64,000 bases of DNA, from positions 434,001 through 498,000 of the forward strand of contig CT868030.1 in assembly GCA_000165425.1 (NCBI GenBank), written 5' to 3'. Shown in pieces: positions 1-13,682 of this stretch (positions within the stretch are counted from its first letter, which is position 1; every line of letters begins with the position of its first letter). Position numbers and translations under genes: made by a program. This DNA comes from Paramecium tetraurelia. Lineage: Eukaryota. The notes beneath the pieces are model-generated. The model searched no databases. It was given only the letters and a program-made list of their open reading frames with translations, and was not told the DNA's origin.

Positions 1-3000
1 ACGCAAACCTTAAAGTTTACTTTTTAGAGGCTAATATAAATCCAGCACTTTTTACTGAAAATCCCAATCTTAAATAGATTATCCCTTCAGTTGTTGAATA
101 AACTTTAGACATAATTTTAGCAATTTAAAATAATCATTAATATTAGTTGGGAACATTTGAAGAATTAATAATTGAATGATATTGATTTCATAATTAAAAT
201 ATATTGTATAAATTATAAAGCATCAAATCTTCTTTATCTTTACTTATCTCCTTAAGAGATTAGAAATTTTGGAAAATCCCTTAGGAGTCCAAATAATATT
301 CTCTTTAGGTTTCTGATAATAAAGGAATAATATCATAAAGTGGGAATCTATAATGAATTATCTAGTATTTACAATTAGTTTTATAATCCATACTAAATGA
401 CTAGATCTAATTCCTCTTCACGTTTTTGTTGAGATAGTTTAATAGCTAAATCTTTAATATACTTTTCTTTATTATCAGCTACTGTTAACATCACTTGATC
501 TATTAAATCTAACTAAATATTAACACTCTTAGTACAGTTAATTATGTTTCATTTAAATTGTGATCCAATTCTAAAGTCAAGCGTTCGTGCAAATCCATAT
601 TTAAATATTAAACCTGATCGATTGCATTTTTTGCAATAAACATCTAAGCAATCAATTTTTGCATTTTCTAATCCAATTTACTTGCATTATCAACACACTT
701 TGAAAAGTCATCCACTTATAAATTAATCTTTTTATATTAGATATTAATACACAAAACTCTAGTAATGCATGTTTCAAATGGATAAATGAAATTTCTTATG
801 CCTAATTAATGACAATAAGTTTACTATCATGAATCATTAACTATAATATAATTACAAATTCATTACAATTTTTAATTATCCATTTGGTCTAACCTGTATT
901 TCAGGATATTACCCATCAAGTTAATTAGCTTTTAAAAATTCACAACTTTAAAGTTGGTTTTATGGTGGATCTAATTGGGCTAGAGTAATTGTAATAGCAA
1001 CTTAATTCACAACAATAACCATCTTAATTTGAGTTTAAGTGACATAAAATAATAAGTCTTCCCAGAAATAGCTATCGGTAAGTTGTTCAAATTCAGTTAA
1101 AATGGGGATAAACTATCCATTTTATTTCATGAGAAGAGAAAAGGTCTTCTCATATTAAAATAACAAAAAGGTTTCATTTATGTTGCTAGTCACATTCAAA
1201 GGAGAAATAAACTAATTACCAAATGGAACCAATTAATTGTTTTAAAATTAATAAAATTAACCATTTTTCAATTTTAGTTGTTTAATTTCTGCTTTCAATT
1301 TCTAATCTTCAATGTTGCATTCAGAATTTGTAACAATAAAATAATAACTTTACACTCCAAATACTCTTTCAGGCTATGGCAAGTTATTTATTGAAGCTTT
1401 TAAAAACATTGACTATTTCTTTGTGTGATCAAAACCATAGATTTGGATGACAAAATTAACAATGTTTGAGGAATAGTTGTAAATATTTCTGGAAAACGTT
1501 TTCTAATTAAAGAACCCACTTGTTTGAGACTCAACCTTTTCTTCTATTGTGACATTTTAGTTTCTTTCATTCAAGGGAACAGAAACGATTAGCTCTTCCT
1601 TATATTGATGCCATGCTATGGAGTTGCCTATTCCTGTTGATAGTTGTTCTAATTCACTCAAAAAATGCAAAGTCAATTTGAGATCACTTTCCATCATATC
1701 ATAGTTCAAATTTTTATTATTTATTGAAAGCACAGCATATTGACCATTATTGTTATGGATCACAAAATATCTACCTGATAATGAAATCAAGATTTTAGAA
1801 TCTACATTAAAAAATAATAATGATACCATCCCAAGCATAAGACGTTTAAAATGAAAATATTTTATGTTGTCTACTCATAACGGTCCATTCTTCTTTTTTA
1901 TTTGTGAGTTCTTAAGTAAATTCAGTCAATGTACAAATCACATTTTTACCACTTGTAGATAGATACATCAAATTAGATTAATCAGTTTATTTGTTTAATA
2001 CTTCATATTATTTTAATTGCTCTTAAGAAATATTGGTTAGTTTCTTAAGTAATCCAGTGTCATCTACAAAAGTTTTACTTTAATTTAATGTCAGTGAACA
2101 AACAAAAGTATGATGAAAGCAATATTTCTATAAGATTTCAGAAGCCTGTAGTAAAAACAAGCCATGAGTGGTCGCAACACATAAAAGATTTGACTTCAAT
2201 CTATTGGTTGTTATTGTATTGATCTTAATTTATTTATCAACATCAGACACATTTTTCAAATCTAAAAGTATCACATAATCAAATTTCTTTTATTGCTTTC
2301 CTATCAGATATAAAGCATAAATTTCTGATGATCTTGTATGACCAATATATGTTTAAGAAGGAAAATTAGAATGGCTTATATGAACAAGTTCTTTAATTGG
2401 AATAGGAGGTTTGAATCTATTAATTTCCATTCCATTCAAAGAACTCCATAAAGTAATATAGTTTTCCGTAACTGTGACTATTTAAAAGTCGTATGGGTCA
2501 TATGCTATTGATAAGATCTCTTATCCATTATTGGCAGTCATTAATTGCTTTCCTTTTTTAGACATTAAAAATTTAAATGTTGGTTATTCATTTGCTGTGT
2601 CTGCATTCCAACATGCCATTGTACCATCTAAACTGCTGGCCACAAGACGAGGTCTGTCAAATTAGTTTTATTTATATGATAGCATCTAATTGATACCTTT
2701 TTGATGATATCCCTTCATTGTTTTTACAATTAGATTCTGCTTCAAATCTATAATCTTTACTCCCTCACCTCCTACTGCTATATATTATGAGTCGATAAAT
2801 TCTAAACATTTATTTGAAACACCAATAGGTCCATTTGTTATTAGATCTGAATAATCAGAGCAATATTTGTAGGAATACAATTTATCAGATGTCAGAATCA
2901 TTATGCTATTCTACAAATATAAGGATTAATCATTAAAAAGTCTATAAATAATCTAATTGTCGTGAAATTTCAATTGTTTAACTTCCTACACTCTATCAGG

Positions 3001-3180
3001 TTCAATTAATGAAACATTTATTGCTCTCAAGCATGTCTTTTTTTCATAGTCCCAAATCTATAAAATTTGATTTGTTGTATAAAGTAAAAGGAATGGTTAT
3101 ACTAAATGTACTTCTACATACCTAATCCTTATGTTAGACTTTATATCAAATAAAAATTAGAAATTCGGTATTAAATACAT
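1..3180 (-). CDS. Large WD40 beta-propeller protein resembling TSET/TPLATE complex subunit TTRAY2 (TWD40-2); runs off the left edge
   Basis: Code-6 frame from ATG 3180: MYLIPNFQFLFDIKSNIRIRYVEVHLVQPFLLLYTTNQILQIWDYEKK..EVKQLKFHDNQIIY..KCLEFIDSQYIAVGGEGVKIID..PRLVASSLDGTMACWNAD..IKINTITTNRLKSNLLCVATTHG..ISLSGRYFVI. Block order matches remembered plant TWD40-2 motifs. Confidence 0.65.
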
Positions 3181-3187
3181 AAATTAA

Positions 3188-3985
3188 TCAATAATTTTAT
3201 TTTTCATCGCTAACTTGAAATAAACTATCCTCTAATACACTCTTTTTGCTAGCTAAATTCTAATCGAATGAATATTCAGGATCAAATAAATTCTATTCTC
3301 CTCTATTATAAAACTAACTACTATGAATAGACATGAATTCTGTAAGTTTTGATGGCTTCATACTCGCTCTAGATGCCTTAACTTGATAAAATAATTAAAG
3401 GTTGAAAACATCCTTATCTTTCTCTAATAATTAAAGTATTTCTAATTCTAAATGAGGACTCTACAATTTAGATTACAATATCTTCTTTATTTTTTCTTAT
3501 AAAATTTGCAAAGGTTACACTTCTTAAATTGGGATAGTTTATATTCCTTAATCAATGGTTTATTTTTTTGGAAATGGAACAATTACAATCTCCTCGCTGA
3601 TTTTTTGGCACTCCTTTTTCTGTTCTTTCATAATAGTTGGGATTTCTTCCTTTTTAATATTTTTTTTTATTGGTGTTTTATCTAGAATTGATTTTATAAA
3701 TTTGAGTAAATTTAAAATCATATTAGACTCTTTATTTGCTATTTTTAAGATATCAACCTTCATTGAATTGTCTAATTTCGAACAATAATGAGCAACTTAA
3801 GTTAAAGTTTCTAAACGAGACACGACTGTTGAGTTTTTTTTAAATTATGGAATTTCTATTTCAGGAAAGTATCTTCGGAGTAGACATAAGAAATGTCTTC
3901 CATCTGACATGCTTTCAATGTTACTTGCCTTCATTTGTGGACATTTCTCATTAACCCACCTTAGGAGTCCCAATCTCACACTCAT
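3188..3985 (-). CDS. Calponin-homology (EB1-like CH) domain protein, 265 aa, intronless
   Basis: MSVRLGLLRWVNEKCPQMKASNIESMSDGRHFLCLLRRYFP... has CH-type LLxWVN and SDG motifs. The 798-nt frame closes at TGA 3188-3190. Confidence 0.7.
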
Positions 3986-4140
3986 CCACTTCAAAGTTTT
4001 TATATTATTTATTAATAATTAAACTAAATTAACTTATAAGTTTACTTGTATCTTTTAATTCATTTTTTATTCAAAAATTCACAATTTTACTTTTTAGATT
4101 AATTGTATAAAGAAAAAAATAAATAAATAAAATAATTATT

Positions 4141-5421
4141 TCAATATTAAAATATCCACCAGATCATAAATTTAATTTCCTGTAATTCTAGATTTTCTTT
4201 ATTAAACAACATACTAATTTTGTGATATGAGAACTATTGTTAGCCAAAAATAATTGTTTTTCATTTTCTAATACTTTTCCATCTTCCTAATTTGTTGGAA
4301 TGGTTTCTGTATAGTCTTAATTGCAAAAGACTTATCCAGTATAACCTTTTTTAAATCTAATACACTGAAAAAATTATTAAAAAATTTACAAGTTTCAAAT
4401 TGGACCTCAATTTCAGAGGACCAATAAAAGTTATTGGATTGATTGTTAATTCAAATAGTTGGAAAAACTTTGTTTTTTCGTTTTACATCTTCTAGAGTTT
4501 ATTAATTTTTAGTTCTCCTTCCTTTTCATGAACATAAAAACCTGGTATTGATAATGATAAGTGTTTGAATTCTTAGGTTTGGTACTATGTATATTTCTTC
4601 GCTTCTCTCCTATTCTTACCTTTTTTCCAATTTAAGTTAGCATTGAAGTTAGGTTTCTCCAAATCCTAAGACATTTAGATTTATTTTGTTTTTTCCTAAT
4701 AAAATTAAGGAGATGGTATATCTTCATAAATTCTGTCTTTCAATTGACTAGGCTTTTGTTTATGAAATTTGAAAATCCCTTCCTCAAATGAATTGTTTTA
4801 TTATTCTTAAAATTAAAAGCTTGCATCTAAAAATTGTTTAATTTTTTTTTATTTTTATTTTTTCTCGTTATTCTTGCATTCAGCAAAACTAATTTCCCCT
4901 TAAAATAAATAATTTCTCTCTTATAAATCTTGATTATCATTTCTAAGCTTATTTCAATGAATTACTTATTTGAATTATAATCAAAGCTGTCCCTCTATTA
5001 AACTTAATTTTTAGATCCTTTTTTTTAAATTGGAATTTCACATTAGAACTAACAATGATTCCCTTTATTGATATTCTTTTCAAGTTCTTATTAGTTATCA
5101 AGACCCCAAGAGTTTCTTTTAGTATTATTATTACTAACAAAGAATTCCTCTCTTATATCATTTCCACTTGATATTAGGTTTTGTTTTATTTTAAGAGGTT
5201 AGGGCTTTGCGATTTTTAGAATTTTGTCAACCTCTTATTCTATTTCATTTGATAGCCAGGATAAATCACTATCATCAAGCCAGAAATTAGGATCTCTACT
5301 TTGATTACACCTAATATTACTATGTAGAAAGAGGAGGTGAATTTAATTCTTAGGTCTTCTGTTCAATCATTTTACCAACTGAATTGTTAATCTTAACTTT
5401 CTTTCCAAAAGAGGTTCTCAT
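4141..5421 (-). CDS. Hypothetical low-complexity K/N/Q-rich protein; 5' end uncertain
   Basis: Code-6 frame ending ..KENLELQEIKFMIWWIFQY* at 4141. The 5' region needs an unresolved intron or a different start. Confidence 0.5.
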
Positions 5422-5593
5422 ATTGAATTTAAATTTAATAATTTAACTTCTTTCTTGGTTATAAATTATTTCTAATAGATAAATAAACAATAATTATTAT
5501 ACTAAATAAGTACATAATTGCTTATTCGATCAATTATTGATGATGATATCTTGATTACCTCTTGAAATCATAATAAACCTAAATAATAGTTTA

Positions 5594-6650
5594 ATGAAAT
5601 TTATATATAATTTAAGCATTTTAGGAGATATTCTGCTATTTAAAAAAAGAAGGTATTTGACAGATGGAGTAAATGAATTATTTGATGATAATATTAAATT
5701 TAACCTAAACATATTTCAAAATGATATTTATTTATTCAATTATGAGTTTATTACATTAATATCTGTGATTAATTTATTTTAATTAATGAGGTAATAAAAG
5801 GATGGTCTTTTTTGTCAAAGCCAGTTATATGTAAAAGAACTATGTGAATCATTAAATGTTTTAGAATTTTTAGATGATTAAGCTAATTTGAGTATAAGTC
5901 AATCTTTTCAACCAGAAAATTAGTAATTATCTAATAAAGGCAACAAAAATGAAAATTTAACTAAAAGTAGACCTTAAGCGTAATAATCTAGTTTATAGTA
6001 AACAGAGAAATAAAATAAAATCCGTATGGATCTGAATGGGCAAATAAAGTGCTAGAAACATAATTCGGGGTTCATTTATCTCAAATAACTCAAAGAAAAA
6101 GGCCTAAATGGATCATAAAAAAATTGAAACCTGTAGAAAACGATGATAATAATGAAAAATAACATTCTCGATTGATTAATGTATTGAAAACGTTTATTTT
6201 AAGGATTAAAAAAGTCAAGAAAGGTTATATCGAAAAATAACTTCAAAATCAAATAACAGAGAAGTAGATAGCGTAGTTAAAAATTATCGACAATCTTTTA
6301 GTAGGCTTAGATAGCCTTTACCTACTTTTGGAATAAATTTCGTTCAAAAATTGGATTAATAAAAATATGATTATATTTTATGAATTTGTAAAAAATCTTC
6401 AGAGTCAATTTGTTTCCATCAATTTTTCATATTGTAATTGTTATTTTAATGACAAATAAATGCAATCAATTTTTATTATAGATAAATATATCTTTTTTAG
6501 ATTATGAATCAAAAATAAAAACTTAGATAAAAAGAGATCATATCAGTCTAAAGATTAGAAAATGAAAAATTAAGTGTTATATTGAAGACGAACATATCAT
6601 TAGAACATTATGCTGAATTTACAAATTAAAATATCATAATATAGATATTA
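5594..6650 (+). CDS. Hypothetical protein; 3' end uncertain
   Basis: Track ORF from ATG 5594 continues under code 6 with coding-like composition. Confidence 0.4.
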
Positions 6651-6654
6651 TTGA

Positions 6655-8530
6655 TCAGTATGAAACTTTCCTAAAAAGCAATTTTGGAGAAAGGATTTCT
6701 TCATCATGATTTTGAATTGTATTATCATCCTATAAATAATTTTCTTACTTTGAGACTAAGAACTGCATACTTTGTATTGCTTTTTAATAATTTTTTGGCA
6801 TTTTCAATTATTCTATCATAGTATTTAAATCATTAAGATTCAGGTCTGGATTTTATACAAATTGTATGACTTACTTAGGACAACTAGCTAGATTATGAAA
6901 TGGGAGGTAGGTGAGAGACATAAAGTCGTTAAATATATATTTATAAATTTTATAATATATGTTCAAGAATCAAAGGAATTATTTAGATTTTTATTCCCAA
7001 TTATTTCGGCGATTTCTTAATTATCAACTTTTTCATCAGTATGTATCTCTTTTACTATGATTTCACAACTCTATTTTATAGAAGAGAGAACTACTATTAC
7101 CGAATAGAATTGAAAATTTGAAGGGATATAAAGTCAATGACTATTAATGAACTATCGAAATTTAATCTGTTAATCAAATAATAATAATGAATGATCTTTA
7201 AAACTTATCTATTTTTTAAAAATTAAAATAACATATTTAATAATTTGAATCTGCTCAACATAATATAAGATATAAATCCAATTAAGAATTGATTGGTTAA
7301 AATAAAATTGGAAGTATATTTAATATAAAGAAAAATCAAAATATTAATTGTTCTAACCCAAGTAGTTAGTTAATTTTATCTAATGTATTCTCATCACAAC
7401 ACTTTGGAGGATCTTCCTCATTTTTCTAATCTAATTATCATAAAATATAGTACTAGTGAATTGTAAATTAGGATAAATTTTTCAACTCCCAATTATTCTT
7501 CAAGATCCATTCTCATTTTTTCAATTTAATCTGCTAGGGATTCACCAACAAACTTTTATTCACTCTAATAATGTCTTATTTTTTCAGAGTGCTTCTCATA
7601 TTTATTGATTTATCCTGAAATAAATTGAATCTTTTGTAAATTATAAGTTTTTCTTTGCAAAAATTCATTCCTGGATTTTCTAACTATTCTATAATCTAAT
7701 ATCTGATTGATAGTAAGTCTTTTCTAAGGATCTGTATTTAATATATCCTTCAATAATTAAATCAGTTCTTAGGAATAAAATGTAGGCACAGGTTAATATT
7801 TTCCATTGATAATTTTCAAAAATAGACCTTCCATAGCTTTAAATATTAAATATAATCATACTTTTTGCATCAAATGCATGTTTTAATGCCATCATTTCAT
7901 ATAGCATGCAACCTAAACTCCAAATGTCTGATTTAAAGTCATAAGGTATTCTTTAACATACTTCTGGACTGATATAGTATGGAGTTCCTATAGCAGTTTA
8001 GCAAAGATCTTCAGAATTGATTAATGATTTAGCGATTCCAAAATCACCTAGCTTTATTTCTCCTTTTGAAATGAAAATATTTTGAGTTTTGATATCTCTA
8101 TGTATGATTCGTCTATCGTGGATGTATTTGACAGCCAGACAAATTTATGTGAACCAATCTATAATTTATGACTCTTTCAAATGTTCCTATTTTTATTTTT
8201 GTTATTCAAGTCTTTGATGTAATGTTCCTTCTTCTGCATAATCCATGACAATACACAAATATTTACTAAGTTAGATAATTTAACTTACTTTCTGTCTACA
8301 AAAGATTCTCTGTATTCAATAATGCAGGGATGATGCAAATTCTTCAACACATCTATTTCATTAAGTGCATTTTCTTTTTCTTTGATGTCGAATTTAGACG
8401 CATCTATTATCTATAATAGCCTTCAGATTACCTTCATGATATAAAATTTTCTATCCTATTTATTTTAAACCAATATAGCTTGTCCATAACTACCTTTTCC
8501 CTTTAATTCTATCTTCCTATAGCGTTCCAT
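6655..8530 (-). CDS. NIMA-related (NEK) Ser/Thr kinase; extent of C-terminal tail uncertain
   Basis: [59 protein letters not shown]. Short introns include 8411-8431. Confidence 0.9.
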
Positions 8531-8760
8531 TAATCTGTTTTTAACTGTTAAATAATAAATAAAATTTAAGTCATTTAATTACACCTCAACTTTATAAATC
8601 TAATTGAATTGCCATATGAAAACTTAACCAAAACTAATTAGAGTCTTGACCTAAAATATCATTTTATTTAACATAAAATTCATCATCTAAGTTAATACTT
8701 GAGATTCAGTTATTTGATTCATAAATCCCTTTAAATTATCAAAATTTCATAATTTATTAA

Positions 8761-10486
8761 ATGGAAAACAAGGAAGAACAACTCCAACTTGAAGTCACAA
8801 TTGTAGAATTATCATCTGATTCTACTTTGTCCCAATTGTTAGGGTTTCAGATTAAATCAAGTATCAAATTATCCTATTGTTTAGACCATGCAACAATTAC
8901 AACAACCTCATATGAAATATGCAAAGGGTTGAATCCAATCAATGAATCCCATTTAATTTCTCTAGAAAATAGATCTAATGACTTGAACTACAATAAATTG
9001 GAGCTCATCCTTCTTTTGAACAATGAGGTTGCAGGAAGAGTATAATCTAATTTAACCCGATTAATAAATTCTAAATTTGAGCTTCAATATGATAATGATC
9101 CATAAGCGGAGATTGAGGAAGAAGTATTCTTAAATGACAATCAAATATCCAATCTAAAAGTTAAGTTAAGACTAAAAGTCCTAAATCCAAATGAAGAATT
9201 TTCATAAAGAACAACCATTAATACAGCATCTTCTGAAAATTAATATGAGCAAAACCTAGTTCTATCTCAGATGAGAGAAGAAATTGAACTTTGGAAATCC
9301 AAATATACCAATATTGTGAAAGAATTAGATTCATTAGGAGATGAATTATTGGCTTTGTCGATTAAAGAAAAAGGAAACTTATATTCATACTTAACTACGG
9401 AGATCAATATATTTAGAAAAATAATGAAATCTAAATTGCAGCATTTCCTCTAAATACACGATAATTAAGTGGATCAAATATATTTATTGAAAAAAGAACT
9501 CAATTCTTACAGATCTAAATTATGTTGCAAAGTATCAATCTTAAAAATTATTATGTAGTGTTCAGAACCCTTTTTGAAAAATAGTTCTTAGAGCCTGTCA
9601 GAAAAAATTCAATACCTCTCCTCAATAATAGACAAGTAAATTTTTAGTTTATTTAAATAGAAAATAAACAGAATACATGTAATTAATGAAATCATTAGAG
9701 GTAGAGAAGTAAGAATAGAAAACCTTATAAAACACTATTAAAATCTTAAATCAACAACAATCTCAACTAAGACAAGCCTTGGCTAAGTCGAAGAAGTAAA
9801 TCGAAGACATCCTCAAACTCTAAGCTTAATAAGAACTAGAAAATTAATAGTTACATAAAGATCTCACAACTAAGACTTAAATCATGATTTAATTAAATAA
9901 ACGACATTTAGAATTGGAGAAATAAAACTCAAAAATGAATTCTGATTTCACAGAAATCATAAATCTATAAAAATAATGGAGTCTATCTATACTCAAATCA
10001 TTTGAAAATGAATCTTCTGAAAAATAACAATTAGTAGATGCCCTAAGTGAATTGAACATCTTAGTAAAATCTCTTACTTCTAAAGAGAACTCAAGTTCAG
10101 ATTCAAAATAAGTTAAGGAATGTCAATGCAAAATTGAACAATATATTCACGATTTTCATTTATAAGTAACTTAATTAGAGCAATTGCTAAATCAATATAG
10201 AATCAAATTCCTAAATTAAAACACAACATCCATTTCTAGAAACACAGATGAATAATTTAAATTTACATTATAATTACCTTTGGAAAATTTAAATGAATAA
10301 GGGATCAAAGATGCAGAAATATCAAAATATTTGAATTACCAAATGGAATAATATGTTTAAAATCTGATTCAATAGAAAGACGATGAGATAACTAAATTAA
10401 AGCAAACAATAGGCGATATGCTCAACCTTGCTTTAGAATTAGGCAATTCAGTGTTAATCGAGTAAATGTAACTCACAGTAATGTGA
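8761..10486 (+). CDS. Hypothetical coiled-coil protein
   Basis: Track ORFs at 8761 and 9271 join under code 6. E/K/Q/L-rich, several short introns, TGA 10484-10486. Confidence 0.65.
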
Positions 10487-10774
10487 GCATTATATGATTA
10501 CGAATGAAATTCATATTTTATATCTGAAAACACACTTCTAATATTAAAAGAAGTTATATTATTATTTATTTCTAAACTTAATATTAAAGAATTCAATATT
10601 ATATTATTAGAGATTTAATGCAAAATCATATAGAAATTTAAATAGATCCTTACCTTGATATATCATATTGATATAGATTTGAATTTGTTTCTTTTGTTTT
10701 CTATTTAGTTTTCGTTCAACTCTCTAAAATTATTTTCATTTATTAAAATTATAATAAAAAAAATAATTTGAAAA

Positions 10775-12338
10775 ATGCAACCAAATGATGAGGATGCACA
10801 GAGATTAAAGGCCAAGTCAGACTTATAATCTGTAACATATATGCAGTGAACAAGATCTTTTTATTAGTGTCAATTATAATGGGCTTTTGTTTTTTATTTA
10901 ATTCGAATATAACATTTGGATGGGATTACAAAATAATTATTGTATATGCATGTACAACATAATTCGCATTTATGATTTCGAAATTGCTTTCCAGTAAAGG
11001 GTATTTGCTATACAATTTTATATTAGCATCAACTCTTATTGTTGTTTTGCTGTACTTGAAAGTGCTATTTTAATAGCTTATTTATTGGGGATCGTCTATA
11101 ATAAAGAAGTCTCCCCAATAAACATTAATTTCATTAGCTATACTCTTCTTATCCTATAATTCGTAATATTGGCAATAACAGTATTAATAAGCAGATAAAG
11201 CTTCGAGAGTGATGCTTAAGATCAATCTAAACAAATCTAAGAAATAGTATATAATTAAGATATCTATATAAGTTAATTGCTGCAATAAAAAGCATAGGTT
11301 CATTGCAGATTGTATTCTTAAGTTTGAAATGGAGTCAATAAATCAATTGGGGTTGGATGCAAACTCTAGTGATTGTTTGGTTTTGCATCGGTACTATGAC
11401 ATTGATTGAGGTATGTTTAATTGTAGATCTGATGTTAAAGTGTTGCAATAATGAACTTTAAAATAAAAAGCAATTAAGTAATAAATATGTTTATTCCTAG
11501 TTTATGGAGGTGCTTGGGTGAACATTGTGATATTAGGATTTATTATCGATACAGGATTAACATTTTTAGGATTAGGTTTGTTATTGGACTATAATGTTGG
11601 ATAAGTAAATTTATATGGTTTCATTGCTTCTATTGTATACTATTTATTTCAGATATTTTTCTATTTGAAAAATTAAGAAGAATTAATGTAATAACATCTA
11701 TAAGTTGTAGCTAATTTTTAAATTTATCAGAAGTCTAGTAGCCAACTCGGCCATCAGAATAGCCTAATGAACAAGTTACATTAAAAGACAGGATTAAATA
11801 GATTCATAGAATTAGCATTAGCAAAGTTCCATAATTTATGGTGAAATTGTCAGCCACTTATTTTAGAAAGTAAGAAATAAATGAGAATCAAAAAAATTAG
11901 AATGAGTTAGGTTCATCTTAGGATAAGAAATTTCGATCAATTAGCTTTTCAGAAATAAAAAAATAAAATGAAATAAAGAAAAGTCCATCTTCGGATTTAG
12001 ATGGGGATTTATCTAAGAAATTTGATTAATTACTATCATCTCCACGTCTAAAATTAGAAGTCAGTGAAAGTATGGCTCCAGAATTATCAAGCAGAGGTCA
12101 ATAGAAATAAAATGCACTATGTCTCGTTTGCTATGAAAAAGAAAGCAATATGATTAATTAACCTTGTGGTCATGGAGGATTTTGTTAAGAGTGCTCAGAA
12201 TAATTATTATCAAAAAGTAATTACTGTATGTTATGTCGAAAACCTGTGACTCACACATTACTAGTGTAAGGAGTTGAGAATCGTGAAAGTTTAGTTGAAG
12301 TTGTAGGAATATATTAAGGAGGATAGAAATAAAATTGA
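10775..12338 (+). CDS. Multi-pass membrane protein with C-terminal C3HC4 RING finger (TMEM185-like TM region); probable E3 ligase
   Basis: Hydrophobic segments such as LQIVFLSLKWSQQINWGWMQTLVIVWF. RING: CLVCYEKESNMINQPCGHGGFCQECSEQLLSKSNYCMLCRKPV. Confidence 0.8.
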
Positions 12339-12885
12339 TAACATATTCTATTAATTCATTAATTAATATAAGTCAACCAAAATATAAATTGTTCTTTAAT
12401 ACCTTGGTAATAAATGAGAAATTAATATTGTTTTTTTGAAAATTCAAATAGGCTTTAAATAAAGTTTCAATCTCCCAATTTTTTTATTAATATTAATATG
12501 AATTATTTAGTAATAATATGGAGGATGAAAAGTACTAAATCAGTAATGAATAAAGCTATAAACCTTTGAAATTATAACAATAATAATTTTAATTTAATTT
12601 AGATAATTTTTGGGTTTTCTAAAATTAGGTTCAAAGAAATTTGATATTTTTAAAAAACATACACAAAAAATAGGAATTCTTATCTGGAAAGTTTAAAACA
12701 TCTTCCTTATTGGTTTCTAGCCTATTTCCGTAATTGTTCATATTGAAAAAATTCTATTTTGATTGAGATAAAATAATAAACTAAAACGAACAAAATATAA
12801 TTTAATTCTGTTTATGAGATTGTTACGAATTTATATGGGCACTGCTTCACAATGCATAAAAGGTAGAAACTAAAACAAATATTAA

Positions 12886-13648
12886 TCAATTAACTTCTTC
12901 TTCTACATCTCTTGCAAACTCTAATTTCAAATCTTTATAAAACTGGGTCAGATGGACATTGGTAATGGCTACACTGTTAGTAATAGACTTAGTTTAACTT
13001 GGTAAAATGGGAATCACCTAGAGTATTCTGCATTTTAAAGCGTCTAAATATTGTAAGATGGGAGCAGTGATAGAATCAGTATTTTCTGAAGTATCAGCAA
13101 TAAGAGAGAGCTGTTTCATACGATCACCAAAGTAGTCACCTCCCCACCATAATTCTGACTCATCGTCGAAGTTTTTATCCATTAAACAATTTAGAATGAT
13201 TGTTGTTTCTACAAATAACTATATTAGAGATTATTATAAAGATTACTTAAATGGTTTCTTTTATGATAAACTCTCTATTTTTAGGAGTATCATTTTTAGA
13301 ATTGATATAGTTTAGATATTCATTTCGGTAATATTCTAAAACTTTGGCTTTAATTTTTAAGGCCTTCTCAGTATAGTTATTGTAAGATCTGAGTATTAAT
13401 TAAGATTTTCCTTCAATTCTTTCTGCCAGTATATCACAAGAATCGACATAGAGTTGATTATTTGCAATTTACTCTGTTAAATATTCTTTGACTGGTTTTG
13501 TTCTCATCAAATTGGCTAAAGATTAACTTTCCACAAAATCTATAGCCTCTTTCGTGGTGCTGAGTGTTGAAGGACCGCTTTAGTTTTGTTTACTCTCAAG
13601 TACTTTGATTGCTTTTTTCTCTTTTGGTTTAGCACACTGAAGACCCAT
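12886..13648 (-). CDS. Hypothetical protein with N-terminal MGxxC acylation motif
   Basis: MGLQCAKPKEKK... ends DVEEEVN* at 12886, with one short intron. Confidence 0.65.
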
Positions 13649-13682
13649 ATAATATGTATTGTTATTATTAATAATTTTAAAT

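Noticed and set aside
3170..3990. CH domain fused to the WD40 protein as one gene
   Set aside because: There is an in-frame TGA at 3188, a 7-nt out-of-frame spacer, and no GT..AG intron of typical Paramecium size spanning it.
5280..5520. Retained IES explaining a frame break near the 5' end of a hypothetical gene
   Set aside because: No convincing TA-bounded element with inverted consensus ends could be delimited. An intron or alternative start is equally plausible.
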